The translations under genes were made by a program, and so were the position numbers. From positions 3,410,001 to 3,474,000 of the forward strand of contig OU015567.1 of assembly GCA_907165135.1 (NCBI GenBank): 64,000 bases of DNA, in the 5' to 3' direction. Source of the DNA: Oikopleura dioica. Taxonomy: Eukaryota > Animalia > Chordata. Below the pieces are notes generated by a model that did not search any database, was not told the DNA's origin, and was given only the letters and a program-made list of their open reading frames with translations. Of this stretch, positions 59,872 to 64,000 are shown in pieces. How positions within the stretch are numbered: position 1 is the stretch's first letter; each line of letters starts with the position of its first letter.

Positions 59872-61664
59872 TTGGCGCCGTATTTTTACGCTGCGATGTT
59901 CCTTTGTAAGTGGCCAAACAAATTCGCTTTTGAACCTGGGCCGCTTTATGATTTTTGGAAGAAGAAAATGGATTATCTAACGCAGCGTTCCTTTTTCCAT
60001 GAGCGGATTCGAGCCAACAATACGGCACAATGGATTACGGAACTTCCTTCTACAGCTGTCCAACGCCGGAAAATACACTTATTCTCGCACTGCTGTAGAT
60101 TTTGTTCTTTTTCTTATCGGATTTTGTTGAGATCTGTATGTTCTTTCCAATGAGTTTCTTCTTTTTACATTTAAAACAAGGCATTTATGGAAATTTTTCA
60201 CAGAAAAATTATCCAAAAATTGACTTTTTTGACTCAGAAAAGAATCTTACTTTTGGTTGGTAATTCAAATCGACATTTAATTGCGACATAAATTCGATTT
60301 TTGCAAAATTCGGCCAAATATAAAAATTTGATTGAACTAAAATTTGACAAAAATTTCGCTAAAATTGGCGCAATTTCTTGCCATTTCTCGTCAGCTCCCC
60401 GATAAGTACTGATTCTTGATGTTCACTTACGAGTCAGAATTGTAACTCTTGCTGTTCAGTGAAGGAGAAAGAAAGCCTATCTATACCTCCTCGTATCAAA
60501 TTAATCCCGAATATGATGAGAGAAAAAATAGAAATTATCGCTATTTTTACTTTTTTACCTGTTATTTCCCTGATTCTGACAAGGCCCTTTTTATCAAGGG
60601 AAAAGGATTCAGGTTAGGGTTAGGGTTAGGGTTATTCATCAAGGATTTTCATTTGATTATTATTTAGAGATCAAAACAGCCTACTTCTACAAAAATGATG
60701 GATGCAAAAATATAACTTATTCAACAAAAGTTCTTCAATCAAAATCAAGTCAGTTTTATACCAACTTGAATATCGCTAAGAAAGAATCTAGATAATTTAA
60801 GCTACGAAGAGGCTGATAAGTAGGCTTATAAGATGAAAATTCGGTCCATTTTTCTAGCTAAGTTTAGGGGTCAGCTTTTGAGCTTTCAGAATCTGTGTCA
60901 TATGACCTCTCAACTAAGCTGGAAAAAGTGGCCAAATTTTCATCTAATAAGCCTACTGATAAGTTTTGCAAAAGCTATGGGCTCCAGCTTGCTACAGATA
61001 TGCTCATCAATCAAAGCGTCCCGGTCGAATATTGGCTTCGTTCAAGAATTGATCTTACAAAAGGCATTTCAGAGATTGCAAAAGTTTTCAAGCCTCAAGT
61101 TCATGGAAGAATTTCTGAGTTTTTGAATCAACAAACGTTTGTCACGCACGATCGCCATCACAAAAAATAGGTTTTTAAAAAAATTTCAAAACTTCGTATT
61201 TTATAGATTTTATGTCTTAAAAACCTGAAAACATTTTCTCCGATATGCGTTCTTCCTGATTTATCTACGACCAAAAATCTTAAACAGGTTTCGAAGAAAA
61301 CTACTTTGATAAAAAATAATCTCAGTTTATTTGCAAAAATGATAAATTTGACTCCCCAAATACATGGGATCAAAGACTGATAATTCATGAAAGTTATGAA
61401 ATCACCTGCGAGATGACAAGGCTGGACAAGAGAACTATTAATCGTTGGCAACTTTTCTGGCATGACAGTTATCGAAGATTTTATATTTTCAAGCCTGACA
61501 GGAACACAAGCTATTTTAATTCGGATCTGAAAGTGGCTACCAGTTCTTCTGTCAAAAACTTTGACCCGGAAAGAACAGAAATTTCTTGGTGCCCGTCGGC
61601 GAATAATATTGCTTGGTCATTTTATGATCGAGAAATACGCCTGGATTTCCAGTATTCAGGGTAA
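59872..61664 (+). CDS. Possible multi-exon gene, product uncertain (weak resemblance of the last exon to carbohydrate sulfotransferase C-termini)
   Basis: Series of exon-sized + strand open stretches; RLDKRTINRWQLFWHDSYRRFYIF near the end. The model was not resolved. Confidence 0.25.
60612..60634 (+). repeat. Short interstitial telomere-type repeat (TTAGGG)3+
   Basis: GGTTAGGGTTAGGGTTAGGGTTA. Confidence 0.7.
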
Positions 61665-62470
61665 TTTCTTTAATTAATAGCGGGTTTCTGAATCTTCTTT
61701 TGAGAAAACGAGCGATTTGTGTCGAAGAAAACAAAAATAGCTACCTGCAGAAGATCTTTTTTCAACCCATTATGAATCGAAAATAAAAACTTAGATGAAA
61801 AACGAAGCTGTCAAAATTACGCATATGAGCATGTGAAAATCAATGACTCGCCGTAAGAAGGTACTTGAGTGTGTGCTCCCCGTCGCGTGCCACACTGAAG
61901 AATCTTCTTTTCTCAAAGTGCTGCTTGAATTCGTCTCTTGTGTGCCCCACTGTCAATTATTTTATTTGCCTTGCGAGTGAAGAAGCGCGCACTTCTGAAG
62001 ATCCAAATTCCTTCGAATGCGAATGCGCGTCTTACAGTCACAACTCGTTACATAACTGGCAGAACCAAGGTTAACAGTAGTACCTTGGCAATTTTCTGTT
62101 TACCAAAGCACTTGAATAGATTTAAATTTCGTCGAAAATTGACGTCCTCTATTCTTCCCGCAAACATCTCAAAAGTTGCTCTAACTGTAATTTCGATAGT
62201 GAGACAGTATGGAGTTCCTTCGGAAGCATCAAGTCGCGCGGAAACACTTTGACTCGAACTTTGTTTAACAGCGAATAATTACTTAACAACTACAGTTTTT
62301 CGAATAGAAACAGGAGACAGCTTGAAAACAATGTTTTTGTTACATAATCGCAAGGAGAAATAAAAACATAAAAAAGAGTCAGAAACTTCCAATATTACAT
62401 TCTGTGAAAATTGTCATCTGGATAATCTGGGCGTTTCCTTTTCTGTTATTTTTCATTTTAATAAGATAAA

Positions 62471-62994
62471 ATGAGAGTTCTCCCGGCTCTAGCAGCACTT
62501 TCAAGCGCAATTGACGATTTTCAAGCGACGAATTGATTCAATCAGAATTGAGCAGGTACGAAATTTAGGATCATTTAACATTTATTCTTTTGAGGTGCCA
62601 AACTTATGATTTTCATCATGAAACATGTGTTGAAAATATCCGCAGCTCCTTCGCGAATTCTTACAATTTGAATGTCACGTGTGCATTTACTTCTGACTGG
62701 ATGAATGTCGGTGAGGTTACATATTGGTTTTTATTGAAAAATCGTCTCAGAGTTTTGGACGAGTACAGCTGGAACGCATCCCATGCTTGCTGGGGTCTCT
62801 CTCCTCAAGACTACAATCAATGTTGCGCCTCCTATCTCAGCGAAAATGCCGGTCACTTCTTCTGTGCCGGGGCCAGATCATTCAACATCCTTGTTTCCGA
62901 CCCTGCGTATCAGTACTGGAGCGGCTACGGCGGCAAATATTCGACCGCGAATCATTCTTATGTTATTGCATTCTGCATCTTTCGAGGCTCATAA
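62471..62994 (+). CDS. Small secreted Cys-containing protein (2 exons; apparent 1-nt frameshift in a T-run of exon 1)
   Basis: Signal-like MRVLPALAALSSA, GTACG donor, second exon with 7 Cys. Confidence 0.45.
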
Positions 62995-63542
62995 GAGAAT
63001 TTTTCGAATACATAATCAAAGACCAATTTATTTGTGTCGAATGTGAATTACTCTTTGAAAGGGGAGTCTTCTATGTTTTCAGACGCAACTCGAGCTCAAG
63101 TAAAAATAGCGTGTTTTCAATAAGAATATTTTCACCTTTGACAGCGCAGATGTCATACTCCGCTGAAAGTATCAACTCGACGTCACAAAGTTGAAGAATC
63201 TTATTCACCAGCGCTCCGGTTATTAAACAGGAATTCGATTGGAGACTCGCTTGACGAGAAAGATTGGCAATAAAAAACCTTATTGAAATGACTTATTGCC
63301 GGCGATTCGTGATCAATCGAATGTGCACTCAATCAAGTCTATATTTCTTTGGACTTTTTGGCTTATATAAAATTTATATAACATAATATATTCTATCCGA
63401 AATGGTCCATCCCGCTGGAGACGGATATGCTGACTCGCAGTCTGATTTCCAGTGCTTTTTCCATTCTCCTTTCGTGGTATAAAATGGCGCGACTATAATT
63501 TCTGATTCAAAATAAATAATAAATAGGAAAGAAAAAAAATTG

Positions 63543-63884
63543 ATGAAAATCCTTCTCCTCACCATTTCCGCCACCACCAATGCAATGTTCTGCTCTGAGG
63601 ACTATTGCAGCGCTTGTAAGCTGATCAGCGATAAACATACCCTCTGCAGAAAGATGGAAAAAGCTCAATGCTGCGAGGTTTTCGATACCATCCACTACAA
63701 AGGGCTAGCAGAGTCGAGTGGAGAAGCGGGACTGATAATAATGCCCGAGCTGACTATTCTTGGCGAGCCAGTTTCTTCCACCCATGGAAATGTTCTTGTT
63801 TACATTTTGATCCTTCTGTCTGTTCTGGTTATTCCACTTTTGATCGAAAGAATCATAACGATAATCAAATCGAGAAAGAAATAA
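63543..63884 (+). CDS. Small single-pass membrane protein with a 6-Cys ectodomain
   Basis: Signal MKILLLTISATTNA, C-x4-C-x2-C...C...CC, TM VLVYILILLSVLVIPLLI, basic tail. Confidence 0.65.
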   Translation: MKILLLTISATTNAMFCSEDYCSACKLISDKHTLCRKMEKAQCCEVFDTIHYKGLAESSGEAGLIIMPELTILGEPVSSTHGNVLVYILILLSVLVIPLLIERIITIIKSRKK

Positions 63885-64000
63885 AATAAATTCATTTGGG
63901 CAAATCGTTTATTTGTACTGTAATCACTGCAGCAGGAACTGTTTGGAGGTCTTGGTAAAAAAAAGAAAACATGGCATGATTGAAAAGAGAATAAATAAAT

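Overview
AT-rich, gene-dense eukaryotic nuclear DNA with many introns of about 40-70 nt. It is most likely the appendicularian tunicate Oikopleura, inferred from intron size, gene families and a Tor-like retroelement; this was not confirmed by any search. The centre of the window is a nested structure resolved to the base. (1) A minus-strand env-bearing Ty3/gypsy LTR element spans 13097-40008. It has 755/753-bp near-identical LTRs, a PBS, a PPT and a GACTG target-site duplication. Without its nested insert it is about 18.4 kb, because about 8.7 kb of extra cargo lies between env and the 3' LTR. The cargo holds a 472-aa orphan ORF, an intronless RNF115/126-like E3 ligase, an antisense spliced acidic RING gene, a sulfotransferase remnant, a Cys-rich ORF and a tRNA-like fold. 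(2) Its 5' LTR is split by an 8,481-bp hAT DNA transposon (14-bp TIRs, GGTATAGA TSD). The hAT carries a spliced transposase, a decayed Smc6 gene fragment and another RING gene. (3) The whole element sits inside a coding exon of a small Cys-rich host gene, which can be rebuilt exactly. Flanking host genes include an EF-hand protein, a mucin/C-type lectin, an SLC43-like transporter, an alpha-type nicotinic receptor subunit, an AGMO-like gene and boule. Several MITEs are also present, one of them nested. All calls come from reading motifs by eye; exon boundaries of multi-exon genes are partly approximate.
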